Shown: positions 8,280-16,860, counted from the first letter of the stretch. The stretch: DNA of 30,561 nt from an uncultured Pseudomonadales bacterium (GCA_964418355.1 CAYQLI010000001.1:1-30561), one strand, 5' to 3'. Made by a program: numbers and translations. The notes: a model not told the origin generated them from the sequence alone.

Positions 8280-8410
8280 TTGATCGTCTCCTTTTTGAAA
8301 TCTCGACGGGATTGTCGGGAATGTCATACCACACGAATTAGGTCGGCATTACCAACTTAATTGGAGTGGTATGAAAAAGAAGAAATTAAAAGTGCAATAC
8401 AATCGATTAG

Positions 8411-8438
8411 ATTATATCCGATAATTATTCTCCGTCAA
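8411..8438 (-). promoter_or_regulatory. Sigma70-type promoter TTGACG-N16-TATAAT for the Cys-rich gene
   Basis: Near-consensus -35 (8438-8433) and -10 (8416-8411). Confidence 0.6.
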
Positions 8439-8459
8439 ATATTATAGGAAAAGTGGAGA

Positions 8460-11069
8460 TTAGCCTGAGTCGGGGTAGTGACAATCTTTCCATTTTTTGC
8501 CGCTACCGCACCAGCAGGGGTCATTGCGGCCGATCTTCTTTTTCTTTTTTTCGTCTTGGTTTTTCAGCCGTTCAAGTGGCGCTTGGGGTGCAGAAACGGG
8601 TTGGATGCGGAAGATCTTCCTGGCGATCTGATTATTGATCCGGTTAAGTAATGTCTCGAACATGTTGTAGGCCTCCTGTTTGTATTCGACGAGGGGATCT
8701 TTTTGGGCATAGCCGCGAAGCCTGATGCCATCACGAAGATCATCAATGGCGTCAAGGTGGTCCATCCAAAGTTCGTCGTAAGTCCCGAGGACAACAAAGT
8801 TCTCGATCTGGCGGACAATTGAAGAACCGAAGGAGGCCTCCTGAGATTTTCTCGCCTGAGTGATGATCGAGGTGAGCATTTCCTGGGAAGTCTTTTCGTC
8901 GGTGCCGGAAAGCCGTTTTTCGAGCTGATTAGCCGAACTATTGTCGAGAGGAAGGATCATCTGGAACTCTTTGCTGATGCGATCCGCCTCGGTCGCATCA
9001 ATGCCTTCTGGGGAATAGAGAGTACTAAGAGCAAGGGCCTCGTTCTTCAAAACCTCGTTGATCCGGTCGGTGAGACCTTTTTCTGATTCAGATTCGGTCA
9101 GGGCCTGGAAACGGCGCTTGTAGAAAATTTCGCGCTGTTTATTCATCACGTCGTCATATTCGACGACACTTTTTCGCTGATCAAAATAGAAGGACTCGAC
9201 CTTGCTTTGGGCAGTCTCGATGGCGCGGCTGACCATGCCCGCTTCGAGGGGCTGTTCCTCTGGGACTTTCAAAAAGTCCATCAGTTTGCTGATCTGCTCA
9301 CCACCGAAAATGCGCATGATGTCATCTTCAAGAGAAACAAAAAAACGGGAAGAACCGGGATCGCCCTGACGACCGGCACGGCCGCGGAACTGATTATCAA
9401 TGCGTCGGCTCTCGTGACGGACGGCACCAATGATATGAAGTCCCCCAAGCTTCACGACCTCATCGTGATTCTTCTGCCAGGTTTTCTTATCCGTTTTCGT
9501 CGGATCGCCCCCCAGGACAATATCAACGCCGCGGCCGGCAATATTGGTCGCAACGGTGATCGCTTTCACCTCACCAGCGCGGGAGATGATCTCTGCTTCG
9601 GATTCGTGGTTCTTGGCATTCAAAACCTGATGAGCCACTTTTTTGTGTTTGAGGTATTTAGAGATAATTTCGTTTTGTTCAATAGACTTGGTACCGATGA
9701 GGACCGGCTGACCTTTCTTAAATTTCTCCTCGACCTCGGCGGTGATAGCCGAATACTTCGCCCGCTGAGATTTAAAAACCATGTCCGAAGAGTCGGTTCG
9801 GGCAACAGGCAGATGGGTCGGGATAATCACGACATCAAGTTTGTAGATCTTCCGAAATTCCTCGGCTTCGGTGGCGGCGGTGCCGGTCATGCCGGCGAGT
9901 TTGGAATACATACGGAAATAATTCTGCAAAGAAATAGTAGCGAGGGTACGGCTTTCCTGTTGGATCTTCACACTCTCTTTTGCTTCGATCGCCTGGTGGA
10001 GTCCTTCGGAATAGCGGCGGCCGTACATCAGGCGGCCGGTATGTTCATCAACGATGATGATCTGGTCATCTTTGACGATGTACTCGCGGTCGCGGATAAA
10101 GAGAGTCCTGGCTTTTAAGGCCTGCTCGATGTGGTGGAGGGTATCGAAATCTTTCTCGTAAAGATTCTCGACGCCGAGGATCTTCTCAACCTTCCGGAGG
10201 CCGTGGTCGGTCAGATTAGCGGTATTTAATTTTTCATCAATTTCGTAGTCGGTATCTTTACTTAGGCCGTCAATGATTTGGGAGAAACGATAATATTTTT
10301 CGGTGGGTTCCATGTCCGGGGCGGAGATGATCAGCGGGGTCCTTGCTTCATCAATAAGAATGGAGTCAACCTCATCAACAATGGCATAGTGATGGCCGCG
10401 CTGGCACATTTCAGCAGTGGCGCGGGCCATATTGTCGCGGAGATAATCGAAACCGAATTCGTTATTCGTGCCATAAGTAATATCAGCCGCGTAAGCCTCG
10501 GTCCGGCTGACCGGGCGCAGGTGCCGGAGGCGTTCGTCGGTGTGATTTTCGTCAGAGTAATCTGGATCAAAAATCGCGGCGGGGAGATCGCCTTTGCCGG
10601 AGAAGATAACACCGACCGACAGACCCAGGAAATGATAGATCGGACCCATCCAACCGGCATCGCGGCGGGCGAGATAATCATTCACGGTGACGAGATGAGC
10701 GCCCCGGCCGGTCAGGGCATTCAGGACGATCGCGGCGACGGCGGAAAGAGTCTTACCTTCTCCGGTTTTCTGTTCGGCGATCTTCCCCTGGTGGAAAGTA
10801 ATGCCGGCCATCAGCTGGACGTCAAAGGGGCGCATCTTCAAAGTGCGGACGCTGGCCTCCCGGGAAAGAGCGAAAACTTCGGGTAAAATGTCATCCAATT
10901 CTGCGCCGCCCTCGAGCTGATTTTTGAACTTCTGGATTTGGGCTTTGACCTCGCCATCCTTGAACTTCTTCGCCCAGTCTTCGTGGCTATTGATCTGCGC
11001 GACCAAAACCTTCAGTTTTTCGACTTCTTTTGAATTGGTGTCAAAGAGACGACCGAGGAGATTAAACAT
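8460..11069 (-). CDS. secA: Preprotein translocase ATPase SecA
   Basis: KTGEGKT, VTVNDYLA, AIVDEVDSILIDEARTPLIISA, GMTGTA, ATNIAGRG, RGRAGRQGDPG, C-terminal GRNDPCWCGSGKKWKDCH. Confidence 0.99.
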   Translation of the reverse strand: MFNLLGRLFDTNSKEVEKLKVLVAQINSHEDWAKKFKDGEVKAQIQKFKNQLEGGAELDDILPEVFALSREASVRTLKMRPFDVQLMAGITFHQGKIAEQKTGEGKTLSAVAAIVLNALTGRGAHLVTVNDYLARRDAGWMGPIYHFLGLSVGVIFSGKGDLPAAIFDPDYSDENHTDERLRHLRPVSRTEAYAADITYGTNNEFGFDYLRDNMARATAEMCQRGHHYAIVDEVDSILIDEARTPLIISAPDMEPTEKYYRFSQIIDGLSKDTDYEIDEKLNTANLTDHGLRKVEKILGVENLYEKDFDTLHHIEQALKARTLFIRDREYIVKDDQIIIVDEHTGRLMYGRRYSEGLHQAIEAKESVKIQQESRTLATISLQNYFRMYSKLAGMTGTAATEAEEFRKIYKLDVVIIPTHLPVARTDSSDMVFKSQRAKYSAITAEVEEKFKKGQPVLIGTKSIEQNEIISKYLKHKKVAHQVLNAKNHESEAEIISRAGEVKAITVATNIAGRGVDIVLGGDPTKTDKKTWQKNHDEVVKLGGLHIIGAVRHESRRIDNQFRGRAGRQGDPGSSRFFVSLEDDIMRIFGGEQISKLMDFLKVPEEQPLEAGMVSRAIETAQSKVESFYFDQRKSVVEYDDVMNKQREIFYKRRFQALTESESEKGLTDRINEVLKNEALALSTLYSPEGIDATEADRISKEFQMILPLDNSSANQLEKRLSGTDEKTSQEMLTSIITQARKSQEASFGSSIVRQIENFVVLGTYDELWMDHLDAIDDLRDGIRLRGYAQKDPLVEYKQEAYNMFETLLNRINNQIARKIFRIQPVSAPQAPLERLKNQDEKKKKKIGRNDPCWCGSGKKWKDCHYPDSG

Positions 11070-11124
11070 ACGTACTTGATTCTATCTTAAATGAGACTAA
11101 TGACCAAGTTGCTGGCGGTGTAAA

Positions 11125-11733
11125 TTATTCGGAGAAATACTTTTTCTTGAGGAAATCTGTAAATTCTCTCATCTCTTCTTGATATTCTGCCAATTTCAAC
11201 CGCCTTTGTTCGACCTGTGAAACTTCCTGAAAGGCTGCTCCCTGACTTTCGATCCTACTATTTCCATAACCGGAAATGTTCACAATTAAACGTCGGTCAT
11301 AAGGAACTATCCGATCTTTATAAAACTCGTCTAGGTATGTCATCATCTTTTTTGCTCCTGCCAGATGTTTTTCTTTAATTTTTCTTCTTAATTCATGGGC
11401 CGTGGAATATAGTTGATCGAGTTCCTCATCTGGGGCCTTCTGTCTATCTCTTTTGCCTGCTATTTTAAACGCGCTTGCGGCTTGTTTTTCGAGCCCCTCA
11501 ACATCAGCCGCTTCTAAATCTATCCACGGAGAACGAGTCCCCCTATCAAGATGTCCTTCACAAGATTGTCTGGTATTAATTCCCAATAGATTAAAAACGA
11601 CAACTGTGTCAATTATCCCAGCATCAATTCCCAATCCCAAACCATCTGCGGTTTTCTCGAATTGTCTATAAGCTTCACGCCATTTTTTTTCTTTTGCCGA
11701 GATCTTCTCGGACGAAGATGTTTCAGTTGCCAC
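11125..11733 (-). CDS. Hypothetical protein with IDxGI...NTRQSCEGH motif
   Basis: GTG-started ORF with a TATATT -10-like element 6 nt upstream; motif loosely TYW3-like. Confidence 0.7.
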   Translation of the reverse strand: MATETSSSEKISAKEKKWREAYRQFEKTADGLGLGIDAGIIDTVVVFNLLGINTRQSCEGHLDRGTRSPWIDLEAADVEGLEKQAASAFKIAGKRDRQKAPDEELDQLYSTAHELRRKIKEKHLAGAKKMMTYLDEFYKDRIVPYDRRLIVNISGYGNSRIESQGAAFQEVSQVEQRRLKLAEYQEEMREFTDFLKKKYFSE

Positions 11734-11842
11734 AAAAGTAATATATCATCTATCCGCGCTGTGTTTTGAGCAGGAATCTTTTTTGGGAGTTAGGTTAAAA
11801 ATCATGGCTATATTATAGCGATAAACAAGTTGCTGACTAATG

Positions 11843-12106
11843 TTATTTCAACAACTCCCGTAAAAGACGATAGATTTCTTTGCGGTGACCGATGAGTATG
11901 ACAAAAATCTGAGTAAGGGACTTCCGATAAACAATACGATAATCACCTGCTCGAATCCGATAGATATCCCTGAAACCACTTAGTTTCTCTTCCTTAGAAA
12001 ATCTTTCTTCAGTTAGACCCCTTATTTGCCTGGCCAAGATGATCTGAACCGTTTTTGTGATACCCCTGAATTGTTTTTCTGCCTTTGTTGAGAAAATTAC
12101 TTTCAT
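11843..12106 (-). CDS. relE: Type II toxin, RelE/ParE family
   Basis: Basic 87-aa protein with YRIRAGDYRIVY and IGHRKEIY; overlaps the upstream antitoxin by 4 nt. Confidence 0.9.
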   Translation of the reverse strand: MKVIFSTKAEKQFRGITKTVQIILARQIRGLTEERFSKEEKLSGFRDIYRIRAGDYRIVYRKSLTQIFVILIGHRKEIYRLLRELLK

Positions 12107-12342
12107 AGCCCGAGTTCACTGGCGATATCCTCGAAATTTTTCCCTTTGGCGAAATCGGTTTGAGCAACTGCTTTCCTATCTGTTTCGTCTTCGAGATAAG
12201 CGACCATCCGGTCGAAAAGATCCTTGCCTACCATATAAGCCTGGACTTTGTTTCTTTTTTGAATCGCAACTGGATAGTCGAGGGATTCGGAAATGATGCT
12301 GGCGGGGTTTGTTTTTAAGTCAGAGATTGAAGCGTAAGTCAT
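12103..12342 (-). CDS. Type II antitoxin, Phd/YefM family
   Basis: SISDLKTNP...PVAIQKRNKVQAYMV pattern and acidic C-terminus. Start at 12342 follows TTGACA-N18-TATGAT-N6. Confidence 0.85.
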   Translation of the reverse strand: MTYASISDLKTNPASIISESLDYPVAIQKRNKVQAYMVGKDLFDRMVAYLEDETDRKAVAQTDFAKGKNFEDIASELGL

Positions 12343-12348
12343 AACACG

Positions 12349-12397
12349 ATCATAACCGATAAACTGGTCTTTTGTCAAGACCTGTTTACTGGTCTTT
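12349..12397 (-). promoter_or_regulatory. TA promoter with a repeated operator-like motif
   Basis: ACTGGTCTTT at 12363-12372 and 12388-12397, inverted AAGACC at 12377-12382, overlapping the -35 TTGACA. Confidence 0.5.
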
Positions 12398-13019
12398 AGA
12401 TTAGGCTAATAACGAGGTTGCTCGCGGTATAGACGGACTTGATTTGGAAATGGGGACTGATGTTGGCAATGAATTCATCGGCGACAATTTTGTGCTGATC
12501 CCAATAAAGGCGGTTGATAAGAACGTGGTCTGCTGATGATTTCATTCTTTTTAAAATCTTGGCGTCCTTGAATTCCGGCGGGGTGTCAAAGCCCTGATAG
12601 CAATCAACCAGGATCAGGGAAAATTTCCTTTTGGTTTCCTTGATAAATTTGACCGCGTCGGTATTGATGATCTCAAGATTTTTGATTTTATCCACCTTGA
12701 AATATTCTTTGGCAATACCGATCATCACCGGGTCTATTTCGATGGCCGTCAGGGCCGCGTTGGGATAATGTTTCCGGAGCCAAAACAGGGCCGAACCGCC
12801 GCCCAGGCCAAGAAGTAAAACACTTTCCGGCTGATAATCCTTGGGTAAGAGATGGGAGATCCCCTGGCTCCAGATCCAGACCATGACGCTGCCGGACTGG
12901 GTCAGACCGCTGGAATCCAGCCGCAATTCACCCATGAACTTGATCAGTTTTAGGTCGCCATTGTAGTCGGAGCGAAATGTTTTTATTGTTTCGGGAACAA
13001 AAAGCTGCTTCAGAGACAT
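12396..13019 (-). CDS. Spermidine-synthase-like SAM-dependent methyltransferase-fold protein
   Basis: LLLGLGGGSA, AIEIDPVM, DAVKFI, LILVDCY. Confidence 0.85.
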   Translation of the reverse strand: MSLKQLFVPETIKTFRSDYNGDLKLIKFMGELRLDSSGLTQSGSVMVWIWSQGISHLLPKDYQPESVLLLGLGGGSALFWLRKHYPNAALTAIEIDPVMIGIAKEYFKVDKIKNLEIINTDAVKFIKETKRKFSLILVDCYQGFDTPPEFKDAKILKRMKSSADHVLINRLYWDQHKIVADEFIANISPHFQIKSVYTASNLVISLI

Positions 13020-13023
13020 GTGG

Positions 13024-14067
13024 TTATTTTAGCCGATTCTTTGCCGCCAGCTCTGCCTTGGTTTTTTGGATCAGATTGGTCCAAACTTTGTAGTGCTGTT
13101 TGAGCTGCCATTCGGTGACATTGGCCGGAGGGATCTTCTGTGTGGCGAAGGCCTGATCAAGTAGGGCGGCGGCGGCTTGATCGCGGTCCATGAGTGTCGG
13201 GGCTCCGGAGACGATGACAGCCAGACGAATCTTATTTCTTTCGGAAAGCACGATGGTGGAATTGCCGGCGTTCTCGGTATAGGCGATCTTTAGCCCGAAG
13301 ACGCCTGGATAGACTCCAAGCAGACCGTTCCAGTTACTGATGTAATAAAAACCATGGGTACTACTCTCTTCGAGATCCTCCCGGTCGGAGGCGGCGGCGG
13401 CCATGATTTCGGGATAGTTCTTAACCGTATTTTGAACCAATATGGCAATATCAACCAAGGTCGAGTACTGAGCGTCGTCATCCAAACCATCGGGGTTAGC
13501 AAAATGACTGTTTTCCATTTTTAATAGAGTCGCTTTTTGATTCATCAGGGAAATAAAATCTGGTAGTGACAAACCATTTTGGGTTGCAATTCCCTCCGCG
13601 ATCGTGGCGGCGGCGTCATTAGCCGAAGTGGCAATGGCGGCGCGAAGTAGGTCGGAAAGTTTGAGTTGCTCCCCGACTTTGAGTCCTAAGGTGGTCGGGA
13701 CTTTGTCAACCGAAGTTTTGGTCGCGGTCAGGAGCTGGTCGGGAGTGCCAAGATCGAGAGCGACCTGCCCGGTGAGAAGTTTGGTAAAAGAAGCCGGAGA
13801 GATTTTGTCCGTGGCGCCACTTGCCAAATAGACTTCGCCGGAGTCGAGATTGAAGACAAGATAGTGAGGCGCTTTGACACTAATCTTTTTTGCCGTGGAA
13901 ATGTCCAATGGCAGGATTGGCCCGATCTTTGCCTTCAGCCTTGGCGTTAGCACCAGGGAAAAATTCGCCTGGGGGGAGAAAAGCTTTGGCTTCGGCCAAA
14001 AGATAAGTGTCGAGATGAACCCGAATAAAATGATGGCAGTGATGATCCAAAATAGGTTAGCCTTCAC
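13024..14067 (-). CDS. D-alanyl-D-alanine carboxypeptidase, peptidase S11 family, membrane-anchored
   Basis: SPASFTK (SxxK), SAN (SxN), HFANPDGL; the KTG position reads KIA; N-terminal TM helix. Confidence 0.88.
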   Translation of the reverse strand: MKANLFWIITAIILFGFISTLIFWPKPKLFSPQANFSLVLTPRLKAKIGPILPLDISTAKKISVKAPHYLVFNLDSGEVYLASGATDKISPASFTKLLTGQVALDLGTPDQLLTATKTSVDKVPTTLGLKVGEQLKLSDLLRAAIATSANDAAATIAEGIATQNGLSLPDFISLMNQKATLLKMENSHFANPDGLDDDAQYSTLVDIAILVQNTVKNYPEIMAAAASDREDLEESSTHGFYYISNWNGLLGVYPGVFGLKIAYTENAGNSTIVLSERNKIRLAVIVSGAPTLMDRDQAAAALLDQAFATQKIPPANVTEWQLKQHYKVWTNLIQKTKAELAAKNRLK

Positions 14068-15322
14068 GCTTGATCACTTCTTTGCCCATGAAGGGCACCA
14101 GAACCTCAGGAACTTTAACGCTTCCATCGGCCTGCTGGTAGTTTTCGATGATCGCGGCCAAGAGACGTGGGGTAGCGGCGACGGTATTGTTGATCGTGTA
14201 GACGTATTTCATTTCACCGTTCTTGGCACGGTAACGGATATTCAAGCGCCTCGCCTGGAAGTCGTTGAAGTATGAATCGGAATGGGTTTCGCGGTACTTG
14301 CCCTGACCGGGGAACCAAGTCTCGATATCGTATTTCCTGCGTTGACCCGCTCCCATGTCACCGGTACACATAAGCAGGACATGATAAGGAAGTTTGAGCG
14401 CCTGGAGCAACTCCTCGGCATTCCCAAGCATTTCATCATGCATCCGTCTGGTCTCTTCTTCATCGGCGATGGTATAGACGACCTGTTCGACTTTGTTGAA
14501 CTGGTGGAGACGGAAGATACCCTTGGTATCCTTGCCATAAGTGCCCACCTCGCGGCGGAAGCAGGGAGAAATCCCGACCATTTTGACGGGGAGGTCCTTT
14601 TCGTTGACAACTTCGTCTTTCAGATAGGCGGTCAAAGAAACTTCAGCAGTGCCAATGAGACTCTGGCCATCCTGGGTTCGATAGTGATCTTCTTGACCCC
14701 AGGGGAAATACCCCGTGCCCCACATGGCATCCTCATTCACCATCCAGGGGACGGTCATCGGAGTGAAGCCTTTGAAGATCATATGCTTGAGGGCATAAGT
14801 GAGAACGGCGTACTCGAGAAGGACTAGATCATTCTTTGTGAAGAAGGCGCGAGTGCCGGCGATCCTGACGGCCCGTTTTGTATCCAGAAGGTCAAGATCT
14901 TCCATGATTTCATCGTGCGTCTTGGGTTTGAAGTCGAATTTGGGCATCTCGCCCCACTTTTTGACTTCTTTGTTCCCGGTGTCGTCCTTGCCATGCGGGA
15001 CATCGGCGGCGGCAGGATTGGGGACCTGATACATCAGATCCTGGTAGGCTTTTTCAACCTGGTTGAGTTGGGGTTCGATATCTTTGAGTTTTTCCTTGAG
15101 ATCGCGGCCTACGGCGATATCGGTTTCATTTGGCTTACCACCTTTGAGTTTGGCGGCATGTTCGTTGATCTGGGCACGCAGCTTCTGAACCTGTTCCATC
15201 AGATCGCGTCTTTCAGTGTCAACTCTGATAACCTCGTCCACAATGTCAGGGTTAAACTGTTTGGCTTCGATGGCCTTTTTAAGTGTGTCCGCGTTTTCGC
15301 GAATATATTTTATGTCGAGCAT
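14057..15322 (-). CDS. serS: Serine--tRNA ligase
   Basis: MLDIKYIREN, LIGTAEV, CFRREVG, GIFRLHQFNKVEQ, KYDIETW, NNTVAATPR. Confidence 0.99.
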   Translation of the reverse strand: MLDIKYIRENADTLKKAIEAKQFNPDIVDEVIRVDTERRDLMEQVQKLRAQINEHAAKLKGGKPNETDIAVGRDLKEKLKDIEPQLNQVEKAYQDLMYQVPNPAAADVPHGKDDTGNKEVKKWGEMPKFDFKPKTHDEIMEDLDLLDTKRAVRIAGTRAFFTKNDLVLLEYAVLTYALKHMIFKGFTPMTVPWMVNEDAMWGTGYFPWGQEDHYRTQDGQSLIGTAEVSLTAYLKDEVVNEKDLPVKMVGISPCFRREVGTYGKDTKGIFRLHQFNKVEQVVYTIADEEETRRMHDEMLGNAEELLQALKLPYHVLLMCTGDMGAGQRRKYDIETWFPGQGKYRETHSDSYFNDFQARRLNIRYRAKNGEMKYVYTINNTVAATPRLLAAIIENYQQADGSVKVPEVLVPFMGKEVIKREG

Positions 15323-15350
15323 TTTCTTTATTGATTAACTTAATAATACG

Positions 15351-15500
15351 CTAAAGACCCCAAAGAAATTTGGGGTTAGGCTCGATCTTTACAGAGGAGA
15401 GATGCCACACTAACCGGTACTCAATTCCTGCGTTTACGGGCTTACCCGCCCCGGTTTTTTACCCCGGAGAGCTCGACAGTTGGAGGCTGTCTTAGACGCT
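15351..15500 (-). promoter_or_regulatory. Compact serine T-box riboswitch (ultra-short Stem I, UCC specifier, UGGC antiterminator bulge, downstream hairpin)
   Basis: Stem I 15500-15470 with loop CCTCCAA; TGGC at 15407-15404; hairpin ACCCCAAA/TTTGGGGT 15376-15357; directly upstream of serS. Confidence 0.7.
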
Positions 15501-15509
15501 GTTAACGAT

Positions 15510-15518
15510 ATTATAGCA
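15510..15518 (-). promoter_or_regulatory. Extended -10 promoter (TGcTATAAT) for the serS leader
   Basis: Perfect TGnTATAAT about 10 nt upstream of the T-box Stem I. Confidence 0.65.
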
Positions 15519-15520
15519 AA

Positions 15521-16075
15521 TTAGAGCCCCAAATCAATGGAAATGCCCTGAATTGCAGTCAGACAGATGCCGACGAAGTCAGGAAGAGCGATCCCGAGCT
15601 TCTCTTCACAGAGTTTGATGTGTTCGCGGTGAACGCCTTTGGCAAAGGCTTTATCAGGGAATTTTTTGAGGACAGATTCGACTGTCACGGAGGCCAGTTT
15701 CCGGTCGGGCCGGACCAGAGCGGAAGCGACGATCAGACCGGATAATTCATCGCAGCAAAAAAGAGACCAGTCCATATTTGATTGTGGTTCTGGGGCTTTC
15801 TCACTCCATTCCCAAGCATGAGCCTTGATTGCTTGGATCATGAGAGGATTTTCCTGATTCTTTTCCAGTTCTTTGATGATGATCCAGGGGTGTTCCTGGG
15901 GATTGGATTCGTAGTCGGCGTCATGGATCAGGCCGGTGACGCCCCAGAGGGATTCGTCCTCCTTGAAAAACTTGGCCAGGCCGCGCATACAGGCCTCGAC
16001 ACAAAGCATGTGTTTGACTAGATTTTTGTTGACGGTCCAGGAATTAACGAGGTCGAGAGCTTCGCTACGATCCAT
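15521..16075 (-). CDS. HD-superfamily (HDIG-type) metal-dependent phosphohydrolase
   Basis: LVKHML, GLIHDADY, IKAH, CDELSGL motifs; abuts the greA stop. Confidence 0.88.
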   Translation of the reverse strand: MDRSEALDLVNSWTVNKNLVKHMLCVEACMRGLAKFFKEDESLWGVTGLIHDADYESNPQEHPWIIIKELEKNQENPLMIQAIKAHAWEWSEKAPEPQSNMDWSLFCCDELSGLIVASALVRPDRKLASVTVESVLKKFPDKAFAKGVHREHIKLCEEKLGIALPDFVGICLTAIQGISIDLGL

Positions 16076-16540
16076 TTAGGCGATTTCCTTGATATGGTAA
16101 ATGACTTTACCGGCAGGAGCGGCGACTTCGACTTTTTCGCCTACGCCTTTGCCCATAAGAGCTTTACCCAAGGGAGATTCGTGACTGATTTTCTTCTCGG
16201 CGGGATCGGCCTCCCACTCACCGACGATGGTGAATTCATGGGTGGTGCCATTGATAGCGACTTTGACCTTGCTGCCGACGCCAACCTGGGTCTTGCTGGT
16301 AGTGGCCTGGATAATCTGGGAACGATTAAGGATATCAGAAAGTTCATCGATCCGACCAACCAACGTGGCGTGATCGTCACGGGACTGGTGGTATTCGGCA
16401 TTTTCAGAGAGATCGCCGAATTCACGGGCTCGAGCAACACGCTCAATCGCCGCGGGAAGTTTGTTGGTTTTGAGGTCCTCAAGCTCAGCAACCAGCTCGT
16501 TATAGCCGGTGAGAGTCAGGTGGACTTTGTTGTTTTTCAT
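16076..16540 (-). CDS. greA: Transcription elongation factor GreA
   Basis: LTGYNELVAEL, FGDLSENAEYH, EADPAEKKISHESPLGKAL. Confidence 0.98.
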   Translation of the reverse strand: MKNNKVHLTLTGYNELVAELEDLKTNKLPAAIERVARAREFGDLSENAEYHQSRDDHATLVGRIDELSDILNRSQIIQATTSKTQVGVGSKVKVAINGTTHEFTIVGEWEADPAEKKISHESPLGKALMGKGVGEKVEVAAPAGKVIYHIKEIA

Positions 16541-16717
16541 AGTCTAATTTTTGGTTATTGTAGGCCAATTGCGGCCAAAATCAAGAGCCGGCAAAGAATC
16601 ATTTTAGCCGTCTGTCCCTAACTTTTCAAAAAATGGCTGATGGGCAGCTCCTTTTCAATAACGGAAGCTAATTTTATGCTAAAATACGCCTAAAGTCAAA
16701 TGAAAAGTGACCAAATT

Positions 16718-16791
16718 GGCCCCGTCGTCTAGTGGTCCAGGACATTTGGTTCTCATCCAAAAGATCGCGGGTTCGACTCCCGCCGGGGTCA
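16718..16791 (+). tRNA. trnE: tRNA-Glu, anticodon CTC (CCA not encoded)
   Basis: Acceptor GGCCCCG/CGGGGTC, D arm with TAGTGG, anticodon stem TTTGG/CCAAA around TTCTCAT, T loop GGTTCGACTCC. Confidence 0.95.
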
Positions 16792-16860
16792 CAATAAAGT
16801 AACTTGCACTGGATTTGTAAATATTCTATAGTTGAGTTATTACGTGTTAGGTAAAAGAAT

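Noticed and set aside
7527-8341. Several overlapping ORFs on both strands across the Cys-rich gene
   Set aside because: GC-rich sequence gives few stops; only the Cys-repeat frame has a periodic motif, SD and promoter.
9207-10886. Long plus-strand ORFs (303 aa, 202 aa) inside secA
   Set aside because: Antisense shadows of a conserved gene; no motifs or start signals.
12396-13019. Functional link between the spermidine-synthase-like gene and the SAM riboswitch operon
   Set aside because: 6.5 kb away, opposite strand, at the end of the serS-dac run; proximity alone is not evidence.
14094-15334. Plus-strand ORFs overlapping serS
   Set aside because: Antisense shadows with no recognisable domains.
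16718-16860. Possible integration site (att) at tRNA-Glu
   Set aside because: No integrase in the window and I saw no duplicate of the tRNA 3' end; not exhaustively searched.
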